NCBI GenBank assembly: GCA_964234715.1
Contig: OZ174287.1
Length of the DNA: 64,000 nt
DNA from: Podarcis melisellensis
Taxonomy: Eukaryota
Strand: one strand, 5' to 3'
The position numbers were made by a program, and so were the translations under genes. The notes beneath the pieces were generated by a model, which saw only the letters and a list, made by a program, of their open reading frames with translations, searched no databases and was not told the DNA's origin. Of the stretch, positions 40,151 through 53,622 are shown in pieces. The stretch's first letter is position 1, and each line of letters opens with the position of its first letter.

Positions 40151-43100
40151 GTAACTGAAATGATGAAAGGGTATTTCCCCCCATTCAGAATAGATGACTT
40201 ACAACTTCCGAGCACACACCTGACCTGAATTCTTTAGAATTTTCCTAGGAAGTTATACACCTAGGTGAGATCTGGTAAGTAGTGGGTTTGCTTCAAGCTG
40301 GAATGAATGCTGGGAGATGGGTTTACAGGGAAAAGTGTGGGTGGGTAAAGTTTCTCTATAGCAGTGGTGGTGGGTGCTCAGTTAAGGGGGAGGGAACGGT
40401 AATCTCTTCTTAAGAAGGCAATCTGTTGTGTGGGGGCTACATATTGAACAATAAGCACAGAACAAGGCTACCACTTGTTCCAGAACATTAAAAGTTCTTA
40501 TTTTCATTTTTCTTCTCAGAATGTTCTTCTCACAAGTGCCAATCCCACAGTATTTTTATACTACACATAATACACACAGTCCAGAGAATACCACTGTGTG
40601 CTAGCAGCTCTCATAGAATTGTAGAGTTGAAAGAGACCCCAAGGGCCATCTAGTCCAACCCCCTGCAATGGATGAAAATGTCATGAAAAACTGTGCCAGA
40701 TGCACAAGCTTGCAGTGCGTAAAGGGTTCCACTGGTATGGTATACAATGCATTCCCACACAATGTTGCTACCACTAATTCTCTAGGTCAGGGTTCCTATG
40801 TTTTAAAATTACTCAACAGGGTTACTTTTAAACCTTTTTTTACTTGTTTGCTGCACAGCTACTTCTTAACTCAACAATATTAACAAGGAGATACTTCTCA
40901 ACTTAATACTCAATACTTAATACTCAACCTGTATTTATTTTTAACTCCACCAAGTTAAGTGGCTCCAATATCAAAATTAAGATGGATTAGCCCTGGCTAG
41001 GAAAAATATTACTAAACTAAGACACAAATGCATTGCAACTGGGAAAACCAATACAGCATCAAAGCAGATAATATATTCTGCTTTAATTATCCCCCTTCCT
41101 TCAAGGTTAGTTTGGGTTCAGTCAAAAAACCCTGTGACTAGAGCCAAAACTCTATTTAGTACAAATAAAGAATACTATGGAACATGTGCAAAGAGCCTTT
41201 CCCTCACTACTTAGTAAACAAGCCTAGCCTACAAATTCCAAGGATTATAACAGGCTTTAGCAAAAAAGCTTCAATTTTCTCATTTTAGAATTTAAGCAGT
41301 ACCAGAAGTTCTCTTATGAATAGTAATAATAAAAAACACTACTTGTTAAGCATTGATTTGAGCCAATAGTACTTTGTTTTCTTCCTGCAGCTTTGAATGC
41401 ATGATTTTGCTTCCTGGTTATTCTTTCTGATATCCTCATGTTCCTTTATTTTTGAAAGAAATAAGTCCCACATTTATGTTTTTTGAAAAGATGGCAGGGC
41501 TTGAACAGTGTGCTGGAGTTAAGTGTGTGCATCTGACATGTGGAAAAGAACTCCCCCTCCCCTCGGTCTGTTTAGCTCCTTTAAACTGAATTAACTGTAT
41601 TAAGTACATTTGGAAAAAAATATCACCTGATCCATGGATATTGTTGATCGGTGATGGGAGAAGAAACGTTCTGAGGGGTGTAATTCTACTGGAGGAGAAT
41701 GGACTTCCTTGGAACATGGGCCTAAAACTGCAGCTTAGCAGGACTTTAAATCTTGAATCGTAGGATTTACAGCCTCCATTCTCCTCCTTTACTGCAAATA
41801 CAATCCGGCAGTAACGGTCTAACACGGGAACACCATCACCGCCTGGCTGATAGCTCACATAAAGGCAATGTCAGCCGAAAACTATGAGTTTATAAAAGGG
41901 GAACAAACCTTCGACAGTGACAAGAACATGAAACCCATTAACAATTTAAACACTCACCATTTTTTATATCTCCCTCTTCTCCCACCTTGAAGCTATTACA
42001 GGTCTGATCGAAGGCTCGGCCTGCTGAGTTTACCACTCCACAAGAAAGCCTATGTGCATGCTTTCCCTTTTCCTGAGACTATTAGTGGAGAAGCGATGCC
42101 ACTGAGAGCCAGCTGAAGCCACCCATCTGAGCCACATGCTCAACCACACCAACTGCCCACTGCACTGAGGGCATGAAGACACAGGAGAGGGGTGAGGACA
42201 GGTGCCGGGGTCTATCCAATCAAAAAGTCACTCTTTTTCACCTGCAATCCCTTTTCTCTATTCACAGATGCTTAGACTCTTAAAATCATTCCATTTCTGG
42301 AGGTCAGAGGTGAGTACTGTGATCCTATGTAGCCAAAACAGTATCATCCATGCACAAGTAGAAGGATCAGCAAACTTGGGGAAACCCAAGGTTTGCAGAA
42401 GTACAACAAATCTTGCAGGGGGTAGCCCAGTAAGGATGGAGTGTGATCAATGGCCTGAGCATGCTGATTGACTTGAGTGGGGACCTGAAAACCAGAGAGA
42501 ATGAAATAGGGTATCATGTGCATGCTTGGCTGGCTGAAACAGTGAACAGGAGCACTCTGCACACTAACATTTAGTTGCAAGACCCACCTGTATTATAAAA
42601 TGATGACTGTTGTCAATAATATTCAGTAGAAATGTATGGGCACTCTGCACATGTTCAGAGCAGCCTCTCACATTATTATTTTATATATAAATTTGAGACC
42701 AACCAATTGCAGAGCTAAAGCTAAATAAGTAAGAGAAAGGAAGCCAGGATCCAGGGCAAATGAAGGTTCCTTCCCTGTTTCAGGGTTCTGTTGGCAAGCA
42801 TAGGTTGAAACAAAAACTCAGATTCAGATCAAACATTTGAAAGCATCAATACTTGGCAGGATTGACTCTGATTTGAAAGGTTGTTTTTTTAAAAACTCAC
42901 CTTTCATGAAACTTACAGTGTCTCAATTTCTTTCATTAGCACTTGATTTAGAGGCAACACTAAAAATAAGGTCTTCTGGTTTGTATGCCTCCTCCTTTCT
43001 TGGTGCACTCTAATCTTCACCATACATACATACATGTTCTTCAGCAAAGCAGTTTTCTTTTCCTCTGCTCCTGTAAATTTCCCTTGCTCTCTCCCTAAAA

Positions 43101-46100
43101 GTGGCAGCTGAAGAAAGCCTGCTCCTTCAGCTTCTCTTTTACGGTCTTTACTGTTAGCTGCTGTTCCTGGTTTGTTATAATGTTCCATGAATACCTCAAA
43201 TTTAGCAATGAATTCTGGGGTAAAGAATTCAGGTGTGTTTGTCTTTCTGGAATCTACTTCAGATCCAAGGATTCCATCCCTCACCAGGTTGTATTGCAGC
43301 CTGGTATGCAAATATAAATGAATGAATCCTTGATCAATGTTAATGTATCAGGGCTGAAGCAGGAAGATCCATGTCTGGAAATAGTTCAGAATCTGGACTG
43401 ATAAATATTTGGGAGGGGGGAATAATCTAGGAAATCTAATTATTTTATGGAGCACTGAGATGCACCCATCCCTAGGAATGAGGAAGCAATTCATTCGGTT
43501 TGCCTTTTACAGTGGACCAATCTGATCTTATGCTCCCAAACTTGCTTGAAGATTGGAATGCAACTCCCAGCCAGATTACACACTTCTCCAGGTTATTTGA
43601 GGCTGTTTTGGTGTGCAAAAGGTATTGCCAAAAATATTACTTTATATAAAGGATGTGTACAGGATGCATATTTTTCAGGTAAGCACATTCGAATGTGTAC
43701 ACTTTATGCAAAAAATGTGTATAATTCACACATTTAATTTAAATATGTGGTTCCCCCCCCCCAAATGGGATGGAGTAGGCATATGGCTGAGAATCAGTGA
43801 GATTAAAATGGTACAGAATCAGTCCATTCCTACCCATCCTTAAATATTTTTATGTGAATGAGAGTATCTGGATGGCAACCTTTTTCACCCAGAAATTTGG
43901 CTATCACAAGCTGGCTATGTTATTGTACGTCCTCTCTTCACCCAATATCTATCCCACAGAACAGATTATCACCATGGCAACAGGGTGGGGAATGACAGGT
44001 GCGATAAGATGTTCCTTCCTGGGATTTTTCAACACTGTTGTTTTCCTGGGCTCTTTGGCACCTAGTAATATTAACGGTGTAAATATTTGTGGAAGCCACT
44101 GCTGAGTTCAATGTTAGGACAAGCCAGGATATTTGCAGGAAGAGAAAAAAGTAATGTTAAACTAACTGTGAACTCCTGTTCTTAAGGCAGGCAGGAGGGT
44201 ACTTACTAGTGATAGGGGAGAAATGCATACAAGAGCAGCAGCACCATGATTATGAAAAAGGCAAAAATCCCAGCTATCAGCATGCTCTCTCCTCTTTTAT
44301 CTTTTACTCTACCTACAACTCTGGAGATGAATCCAAGTGGTGGAAGAGCTCCTTTGGCCATTCCTGTACTAAAGCATCTGTCCAACTGCAGCCTGGTCAT
44401 ACACAGGGATAACTGCACATTTTCTGGTCTTGCAAACAAATCTAACAGAGGTGATCCAAGTCATCTGGTTATTTGTTGGAAGACTTTCTTGTTAAGAGTC
44501 CATTCAGGTTCCACATTTGTAACTGCTGCAAGATGTCTTGCTTTGATTATAAGAGTTCCGTTAACTTAAATATTTTTTGGTTTCCTGGTGAAGGGAAAGG
44601 AATGCATACCTTCTGGCTTGTTTATACACATGTTCAACAAGATTTTGTCTGTGTGCAGGAAGATATGCTGATAGAATACTAGAAGGGTCAGAATCACTGC
44701 TCTCAATTCTCATCAGTTTATCTTTGGGTGACTCCTAGTTCCTTTAGATTGATTTGTCAATTCTTAGCTTCTTTTGAGTACCCTAGTATTATGAGACCTT
44801 CAAGACATCTGAATTTGCCTTGGAATATGCAATGTGGAAAATTTCACCCTGGCATCATTTCACTGTATTTAGTATACAAATTCTTTAAATAATAAATAAA
44901 ATAAAATATGGATTTATGTGCAACTATCCTGCTACTTTACCTCTCTCTGTGGTCTGCTTCTTAGAGCAGGCACAAAAGCTCCTGCCTAAAAAGATGCCGC
45001 CCGCCCCCCGCATCTGACAAGTTCCCCCAACCATAGAGTAGGGAAAGGGAAATAGAAGGGTACAAGTGATCCACACCCCAGCAGTTCAAGGAAAAAAGTA
45101 GCAGTAGCTCAACCAAGCATGCTACTGGGATAAAATGGGGTGGTGGGGGGGGTGAGAGAAAGGGGAGGGAGAGGGAGAGAGAGAGGAAGAAACCATGACA
45201 AGTAACAGTGCCTCTAAAGACTCCTAAAGGATTCAGTAGGGCTAGGATTGCAGCCTAAATCATTATTTTGTCAGGAAGAAAAATGCCAGTAAAATAAAGG
45301 AGTCGCACGACAGGCCCCCTATATTCTATTTCAGAAACAATATACAACCTTTTTATTTCATTGTCCAAGAAGAATGGAATTGGGTTTCTATTTTCAGACT
45401 GACTTGGGCCCAGAAACACCTTACTTGGAGCATGCCCCCATTGTGATCCCTTTCTTGCCCTAGGCTCCAGTTTCAGCCCTGCCCCCCTCCATCAACCTGC
45501 AAAAATGAGGTTATTCAAAACCCAGCTTGCCTCCTGTAAAGCACTGGATGAAGGAAAGAAAGATAATTCTCCAAGTGCACAGTTTTATGGTATAATCTTT
45601 TCCTGCTATTAAAGAGCTTAATGCATGGGGCTGACCCTGATTCAACCAAATTTACGGAGCCCATTAAGAGTATTCCTCTGAGGAGGAGGGGGATGGCTCA
45701 AGCTCTTTTCAGATGCAAGGAGGAAACAATTCCCATTCAACCTGCAATTCTCCACTACACAGTGGTGTCGTTAATAAAAGAGAGAGAAGAGGGGGAAAAG
45801 AAAAGTAGTAGTCAACAAGGAGACAGGAAGAAAACAGTTTAGAAGTCTGGTTCTGCTGCAAAGCTTATCGTTGGGGGGGGGACATTTGGTGTAAGTACTG
45901 AGGGTCATATACATGGCTATGCTGGAACAGGAAGTCTGCAAAATGAATAACGAACGTTAAGAACAGCCTTGCTGGATCAGACCACAAATCCATCTAGTCC
46001 AGCAACTTTATTCTCATGGTAATCAACCAGATTTATTTGAGAAGCTCAGAAGCAGGACTCAAAGGCAACAGCCCTCTTCTTCTGCTGCTACTCCTCTATT

Positions 46101-46956
46101 CAAAGGAATAAAGCCACTGAAGCTGGAGGTTCCACACCACCACCATGATTAGAAGCCACTGAGATAGTTGCTTATTGAAATTATATCTAATTATAGCTTA
46201 AACCCACCTCTAAGCTATTGGTGTTACGTCAAGAAATCCCCCCAAATTATACTTTCATTTTTCTGCTCTAACCACTTTGAGGTCAACATGGTTTGTTCGT
46301 TCAAGAGTTGAACTTACCAATGGTGGGTTCTTTTCTCCTTTTTTTTAAGTCACTGCCTGAGAAAGCACCTGTTAGGTAGTGGGATTTCTTCCCTCATCTT
46401 GCCAGAAAGCTCCCACATTTAAAATTAAAGCTGCGGTGACTGGAGCAAGACCTCTGGCCACCTCTCCTCATTCCCACTGTGACTCTATTGACAAAAATAG
46501 CCTTCAGAGTATTTCACATTGCCTGATGAAATGGGTGTTCTGGTTGGTGTGAGAAGCTGAGCAGGTTGGTTGAGGTTTCAGGGACTCCTGTAGGTCCTTA
46601 ACAAGTAGAAGCAGAATACACTATGCAAAATAAGAAACTTTGTGCAAACTGTGGAATAACCAGCCTCTAAGCTCAGACCGCATGGCTCTTACAAGCCATA
46701 CTCATGTTCTTACAACAATATTTTAGGAACTTTCACCACTGTAACTAAGCCAAGATTTACTGCCTGTGTTTTCAGACTGGTGTATGGAAAAGTATAGGAA
46801 CTTGACCTGTGGAGAGTTTGTAACTAAACCATTTTCAATTTACCAAATGTGTGGTCTTTCCTATGCTAAGGGAAGAGGGAAGTTTTGGAACTCACAAGGG
46901 CGTATTTTAAAAGGTCTAACAGCCTATATTTCTCTGCTTAACTTTGCTGCATATTT

Positions 46957-47100
46957 GTTGTTGTTTAGTCATTTAGTTGTGTCCGACTCTTCGTGGCCCC
47001 ATGGACCAGAGCACGCCAGGCACTCCTGTCTTTCACGGCCTCCCGTAGCTTGGTCAAACTCATGTTTGTAGCTTCGAGAACACTGTCCAACCATCTCATC
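46957..47100 (-). mobile_element. BovB/RTE-type 3' end
   Basis: (CAA)n tail on the minus strand; GTCCGACTCTTCGTG.CCCCATGGACCAG; 19-bp TSD TTAACTTTGCTGCATATTT (46938-46956 and 47107-47125). Confidence 0.75.
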
Positions 47101-49063
47101 TGCATATTAACTTTGCTGCATATTTAGTGATTTTAAATCTCTGCTAGGGTTAAATATTTCTCCAAAGAGTACTTGCCCCAAACTTGCATCTTGGCATCCA
47201 GGGAATTCTCCTTTTTTATTTAAAAAAAAAACCCCAAAGCTATTTTTCCTTGCCATCAACACAAACTTCCTTTACTTTGCTTACTTGCAGGTTCAAAATG
47301 TTACATTTTTAAAATGTGAAGAACACACAGATCTCAAAGTACATGTGGGGTGTGGGTGGACCTATGGACATACTTGGTACAACAAAGAGTGGAAAGCAAG
47401 GCCATCTTTTGTCATAATGAAGCAAAACCAATTTTGCAAGCTCTTGTAGTGGAATGGTAGTAGTAGGGAAGCAAATATGGGTTGATTTCAACATGTATAA
47501 CACATTACTGGAACCTTCATTTGCTATGTGCAGAGAGAGTTCTGGACCTAACTCCACAATCTTTCAGCATAAATAAATTAATAAAATATTATGACCCCTG
47601 CCCAGTATGTTTCACTAACAAGAAACAAGAAGCAGAACCCAGTTTTTCTAGGCCTTCTACTGAAGTGCAAAACCAATTGTCTCAACGGTGTCCATATTCT
47701 CAACCCGTGCCTGTGAAACCATACAACTGCCTTCTTCTTTGCCTGCTGCCCCAAACAAAGGGACAGCTCATCATAGTCTGTGTGAGAACATCTTGAAACG
47801 AGCTGATTAGCCCCCAAATGGAAGGAAGTTGCAATGGAGGCTGCTGTCATAAAACCGGGTGCCATCGTATTGAAAATGCCAGCAGATGGGGCCATAAACA
47901 CTTCCTCCCCACCCCATTCCCAACGACCAGGCAGCTTTGGATTCATCTCTATCTTTATCTTTCTGTCAGGTCATAAATACCTCTCTCCCTCAATCTCTCA
48001 CATCTGGGCCAGCTTATTTCCTGTTGTTAATTTTTAAGCCAAGTCAACAGAGGCGAAAAAGAGCATAGGTGACAGTGGTGGAATTAAACTGTGATCTTTG
48101 AGCAATAGGCCTTTAAAAAAAAGCTCTGTGCGATGCAATTCCTGTAACCAAGATACTAACAGGAATAAACAACCTGAAAGGGGGGGAGGAGGAGCTATTT
48201 AACAACTTTTGAAATATTGAAATCGCAATAGATGTCCCCACTTGTGATTGAGATTCTGTTGACTTGAAGCTGCAAGACAATAGCCAAGCATATTTTCACG
48301 TGTCTGTATTCAGTTATTACATTAATATCATACCTCTTCCCAAAATCTGAAAGCAGTGCACTTGGCCTGCCCTCTCCCCATTTTATCTTCACAACCCTGT
48401 AGAGCAGGTTAGGCTGAGAGGTACTTACTGGTCCAAGGTCATCCTAGTAATTTATGGCTAAATAGGAATTTTAATCAAAGTCTTCCTCGTCTCAGACCAA
48501 TACTTGAATCATTACATCATTCTGCAGGTGGACCATTTGAGGATGGAAAGTAAATGTGTATTGGGTGTCTAGCATTGTGTGCTTTCCGGCATCTATGCTT
48601 CAGCATGTGGTTTCTTCAAACCCCCTTCCTTGCCAACCATCACTGCCTTAGCATGAGTTTTATGAATATTTTGATAAGAATCTAGAGCAGTGCACAAAAT
48701 AATAGATACATGAATGTTTCTAACATCCCCACACATTCATTTTGATGGGGCGTGTGCAAGTGAACTACTTGTTGAATTCTGCCTATGGCTGCAATCCTAA
48801 ACAAATTACAAGGGAGCAAGTCAATAAGAAGTCCGCCTCAGAGAGTCAAATGAAGTTCTGTAAAGAACAGCTGCCTGAAAGGAAATAAGCTTAGGACCCA
48901 GGGCTTAGGACCCAGGGTTTGGATCCAGTATCTGTTTCCATGCCAGACAACAGTCTGAGCATCAGGGGAAAGCACGCACTCCGTGCAGAGGGAAACTTTT
49001 TTTAAAAAAACAATTACTTGAGTAGTCCAAAGTTAGATCCTGGTTGAAATCAATCCTATGGTA

Positions 49064-49390
49064 AAGGTAAAGGTAAAGGGACCCCTGACCATTAGGTCCA
49101 GTCATGACTGACTCTGGGGTTGCGGCGCTCATCTCGCATATTGTCCGAGGGAGCCGGCATGACTAAGCTGCTTCTGGTGAACCAGAGCAGTGAATGGAAA
49201 CACTGTTTACCTTCCCACCAGAGCGGTACCGATTTATCTACTTGCACTTTGACATGCTTTCGAACTGCTAGGTTGGCAGGAGCAGGGACCGAGCAACGGG
49301 AGCTCACCCCGTCGCGGGGATTCGAACCACCGGCCTTCTGATCGGCAAGTCCTAGGCTCTGTGGATTAACCCACAGCGCCACCCGTATCC
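49064..49390 (-). mobile_element. Sauria SINE
   Basis: (ACCTTT)n tail; B-box GGTTCGAATCC on the minus strand; 13-bp TSD CAATCCTATGGTA (49051-49063 and 49391-49403). Confidence 0.9.
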
Positions 49391-51037
49391 CAATCCTATG
49401 GTACATTGCATGTATTTTGGTATCTGAAGTGGAAAATCCAAATAGCAAACTCCAATCTGCCGGACAACGGGATGTGATACAGACCACTTGAAAATTCTCC
49501 TGTGCACGCCCTGTTGAAATGAATGAGAGCCAGGAAAGAAAATATACTGGTGAATTGTGCTCTGTAGGTTGCAGGACACTCTACTGCCCTTAATCATACC
49601 CCAGAATTGCTACCTAAGGCACTTTGCCTCTTTATATGGCGGCCTCTAGCTAAGCCTTGTTAGAAACCTCAGAAAAAATAGACTAGTAAAAACTCTCCAA
49701 TAATAGCAACAGGCGGGTACTGGTGAGAATAAAAAGACACTTGTTTCAAAAGCAGATTACCAAAGGCAACTTCCTGTACATAGCATAATGGTCACCACTG
49801 TGCTGGAGCTACTTTCTTAAACAGAATTTTGACCTTTTGTTTTATACATATATATTGGGTTGTGTGGCCATCCTAGCCAAAAGGGCAGCAGTTTGAGATG
49901 CTGAGGGGGAAATCTATAATAAGTGATCCAATAAATTTCAGCATTCCAACTTGACTGGGAGAGGAAGTTACTAGAGGGTGCCCCTCTCCTTCTCCATGGC
50001 TAAGATCCTGAAAAATCTTTCCAGTGTTGCCTGAGCAGTGCTTGAACACGCGGACAATCATTTACAAAATGGAACCATTGGGCAGTTGTGATTTTTGCTA
50101 GAAATGCAGTGCAGGCAACCCCTGATTTGTGTGAGGGTTGCGCTTGTGTCATTGTGCGCTTGTGTGAAATCATGTGCAATTGAAACACCCCATTCCTTTC
50201 CCGCCCCATCCATGCTGCGCCCCTGTTCTAGCCTCTTAGTGACATCTTTTATGACGCTTCCAGGTTCAGGGCTGTGCGTGTATGCACAATTGCACATATA
50301 TCGGTCACACCTAAAATGGGGGTTGCCTGTACTAAAAAAATTCAGGACTCTGGCAAAATTTCAACAAACACCAAAAACAAAGTCACTTTAGACTATCTTT
50401 GCCTCCTCTCTAACCAAGTACTAGGGCGTTCAAGACTGCTTTTGTACAGTCAGATTCTCTTCCTGGTGAGAATTCTAGAAACAGGGGTGCTGTACAAATG
50501 ATCACTTTTTAGGAATAATGCACCCCCATGATCATAAAGCCCTGTTTCTGCAACAGCACTATGTTGTTAAATAAAAAGGAGAAAGCAAACATATCCTTGC
50601 TGAACAGTAGAGAGAATCTTGCTCTTGGGAGAAAGTCTGTCTCCCTTTCCCCACCCCTTTTTCTTTTTTAAGGTAGCGCTTAAGCAATAATCATACATCC
50701 TGCAAAAAAAGTTTAAGGTTCTGTGGAGATGGAGCATTAATGTCAAGGAAGGAAGTAGGCTTCCTTATCCCCATTTTTAAAAGGCTTAATAAATACTGAA
50801 ACAATGCCTTAGGGAAGAGATTAACCCAAAAAGAACTTTAAAGAATGAAATGCAAAGGGCCTGTACAAAATTGTGAAATAGCACATGGTATGAAAATTCC
50901 TGCACTACTTCCTGCATTTCCACAGCCCTGTTCAGACATTCTACTTTTATCATGATTTAAAATATTGGGGAGGAGCAAGGATGAGCATGCTACCTCCACT
51001 CCCATCATTATCATCTTCACCCAACCATAAGTTGGAG

Positions 51038-51184
51038 CAGTGGCGTAGCGTGGGTTGCCAGCACCCGGGGCAAGGCAAGTAATTTGCACCCCCTAACCCG
51101 TGGATTTGCACCCCCTAACCCTACCCCCCAGATGTTGCGCCCGGTGCGGCCGGACCCCCCTGCACCCCCCACGCTACGCCACTG
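51038..51184. mobile_element. Short GC-rich MITE
   Basis: Perfect 17-bp TIRs CAGTGGCGTAGCGTGGG / CCCACGCTACGCCACTG; no clear TSD. Confidence 0.75.
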
Positions 51185-51351
51185 CTTCCTGTTCTAGCCT
51201 AGTTTCTCTACTTGAAATACTCACACTTCCTTATGGAGAGGCTTGATGAGGGCAGTGGCTGGGTTGCAAGCTTAATGTGCTCATCCGTGTTGCCCCCTCA
51301 ATGCTACTCATATGGGGAATTATAATGCCTGAAGAGAGCTAAGAATCATTA

Positions 51352-51577
51352 CAGTGGTACCTCAGGTTACATACGCTTCAGGTTACAGACTCTGCTAACC
51401 CAGAAATAGTGCTTCAGGTTAAGAACTTTGCTTCAGGATGAGAACAGAAATTGTGCTCCGGTGGTGCGGCGGCAGCGGGAGGCCCCATTAGCTAAAGTGG
51501 TGCTTCAGGTTAAGAACAGTTTCAGGTTAAGAACGGACCTCTGGAATGAATTAAGTACTTAACCTGAGGTACCACCG
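51352..51577. mobile_element. Tc1/mariner (Tigger-like) MITE
   Basis: TA TSD and TIR CAGTGGTACCTCAGGTTA; copy of 38563-38788. Confidence 0.88.
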
Positions 51578-51969
51578 TATCTTAAATATAAAATAAAAAA
51601 TCATGGCAAAAGTGGAAGAAAAAGCACACCTGAAACAAATTCACGTATGTTTTGATTTATGGACTTCAATTCAACTCTGAATTTCGAACATCATCAAATA
51701 TTGCTTTTGAAATTTGACTTTGAGGACTCTTACAAAATTAAATCACTATGGAATTTTTAGGCAATAAAATTAAGGTACTTTTGTATAGCTTTTCCCCCCC
51801 TAAAATCTCTGAAATAGATAGCAACTATATTTGGAAATGTTGAAAAAAACACACAAATGAAAACCAAATATAGAAAAATATAGTTTTGAACATCTCTAAG
51901 CAAATTCAGTTGTGGAGAGTTTGCATGATAATTCCAACAACTTCTGGAAAGCCAAGTTCCCCACCTCTG

Positions 51970-52115
51970 CCTTAAAGACTAACAAATTTATTATGGCATA
52001 AACTTCCTATGGGCTGGAGTCCACTTCATCAGATGTACTTGTGCTTGAAGACTGAGGAAGTGGACTCCAGTCCATGTAAGCTTATAATAAATTTACCACT
52101 CTTTAAGGTGCCACA
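51970..52115. mobile_element. Old palindromic Penelope-like end with two decayed hammerhead cores
   Basis: Minus strand CTGATGA-A-GTGGAC-TCCA-GCCCAT; plus strand CTGAGGA-A-GTGGAC-TCCA-GTCCAT-GTAAGCTT; CTTTAAGGTGCCAC end. Confidence 0.6.
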
Positions 52116-53521
52116 CAAGGCTCTATTTTTTTAGTGGGTGATTTTAAATATGTGCAAACTAACGTTAATTCACTGTGCTATTATGAAAATCAGGGGTCCC
52201 CGTTTCAAAAGGCAGCCACCCTATAAAGAGGCAATTCCCTAATACATGGGTTTTCAGTTGCTAGTCTTTATAGCTTTTCATTATAGCACTCCACCAAGCG
52301 TGCATGCTCTCTCCCCCCCTCTCTTCGTGCAGGAGAGGCTTCAGCGGAAGAAATAAAAAACCTGTGAAGATTTCCCATTCTCACTTTTGTTTCTCATAAA
52401 GACAGTCAGGCTCTGACATAAACAACAATTTACACCCAGCATTTATTTTGGAAATTACAGTGGCGTGTGGCTAACGCACACAGATAAATAATGTTTTATG
52501 GGATTCTGCAGAGTCCTTTCAGGGGAGCGGATGTTTAGTAGAAATAAGATGATTTACAAAATGGAGCACTCTGGATTTGGCTGTTAATCCTGGGAAAAAT
52601 ACAGACATACAAGGAGCTTCCACAATTAAAACGGATTAAAAGAGAGAGGGGATGGAGAAATAAATGGAATCTGCTTTTTGGGGAGTGGAGTGCACTAGAT
52701 GGACATTCCCATTTTGCTCCCCACCAAAGGCACAGTGATCATATCCAAAGCAACATGTTTTTGCATAACATCAATGAAAGCGAAATCCAGAGATCCCATA
52801 TCAATGGTCTCTTTGCAGGATAGACATTTCTCATAAAGAGGGTAAACTACAAGCTACCAGGTGATCCACAGCACTCAAACTGCAAGAATCTCCTTCTAAT
52901 ATCTGAATTTTTGACATTAATATGTCAAACTCCGGATACACACATTAAAGCTTTTAAATACAATCTGATGTCCAATAACCTGTGGGGTGCAGAATATGGT
53001 AAGCAGGACTCTTGAACATAGTATCCTACTGAACACTGCTGACTCCCATAACCTGTCATCAGAAAATGATGTTCTTGGGAGTTTGTCCAACAGAAATACA
53101 GGTCTCAGGATTTTTATGGATTCTAAGCATAGCTGGCAGGTGAGTTACAGAACAACTCAAGATCCCAGCCACACACTAAGCACCTATGTTTTTGCCAAAC
53201 AGGACCCTAGAACCTTCATAAAGGATGCAGAATTTGGCTGCTTTACAGAAGTTAAGCACCTCCCCATTTTTTCCCTTGTCTTGGAGAAGGAAGAACCCAT
53301 GGACAGCAGGGGAGGCAGGAGGCTTAGTCAGCAGACTGAAATGCTGGGGAGGACTGAGATTGATGAAGAAGACAATCCAGTCCAACGATTAGAATCCTGG
53401 AGGGCAAGAATAGCAGACAGCTACACACACAGGGAGAGACAGGATGCAGATGCAGGTCAGGGGTTTGAAGAACGTTAGGACACAAGGCTTGCAGAACCAT
53501 GGACAGATCACTGGAGCCAAG

Positions 53522-53622
53522 CAAAGATCATCCAGCAATGCAGGAATCTTTTACCCAATATGGGGCTCGAACCCATGACCCTGGGATTAAGAGTCTCATG
53601 ATCTACCAACCGAGTTATCTGA
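53522..53622 (-). mobile_element. tRNA-Lys(CTT)-derived SINE or pseudo-tRNA
   Basis: Minus strand resembles tRNA-Lys (ATGAGACTCTTAATCCCAGGGTCATGGGTTCGAGCCCCA) with a mutated acceptor stem, followed by the SINE body GATTCCTGCATTGC. Confidence 0.65.

Noticed and set aside
51083-51125. CCCTAACCC as interstitial telomere
   Set aside because: Only two isolated units inside a MITE internal duplication.
52987-53478. 163-aa ORF
   Set aside because: No recognisable domain or splice support; the acidic 3' part may be an old LTR remnant.
53552-53622. Functional tRNA-Lys gene
   Set aside because: Acceptor and D stems are mutated and a SINE body is attached.
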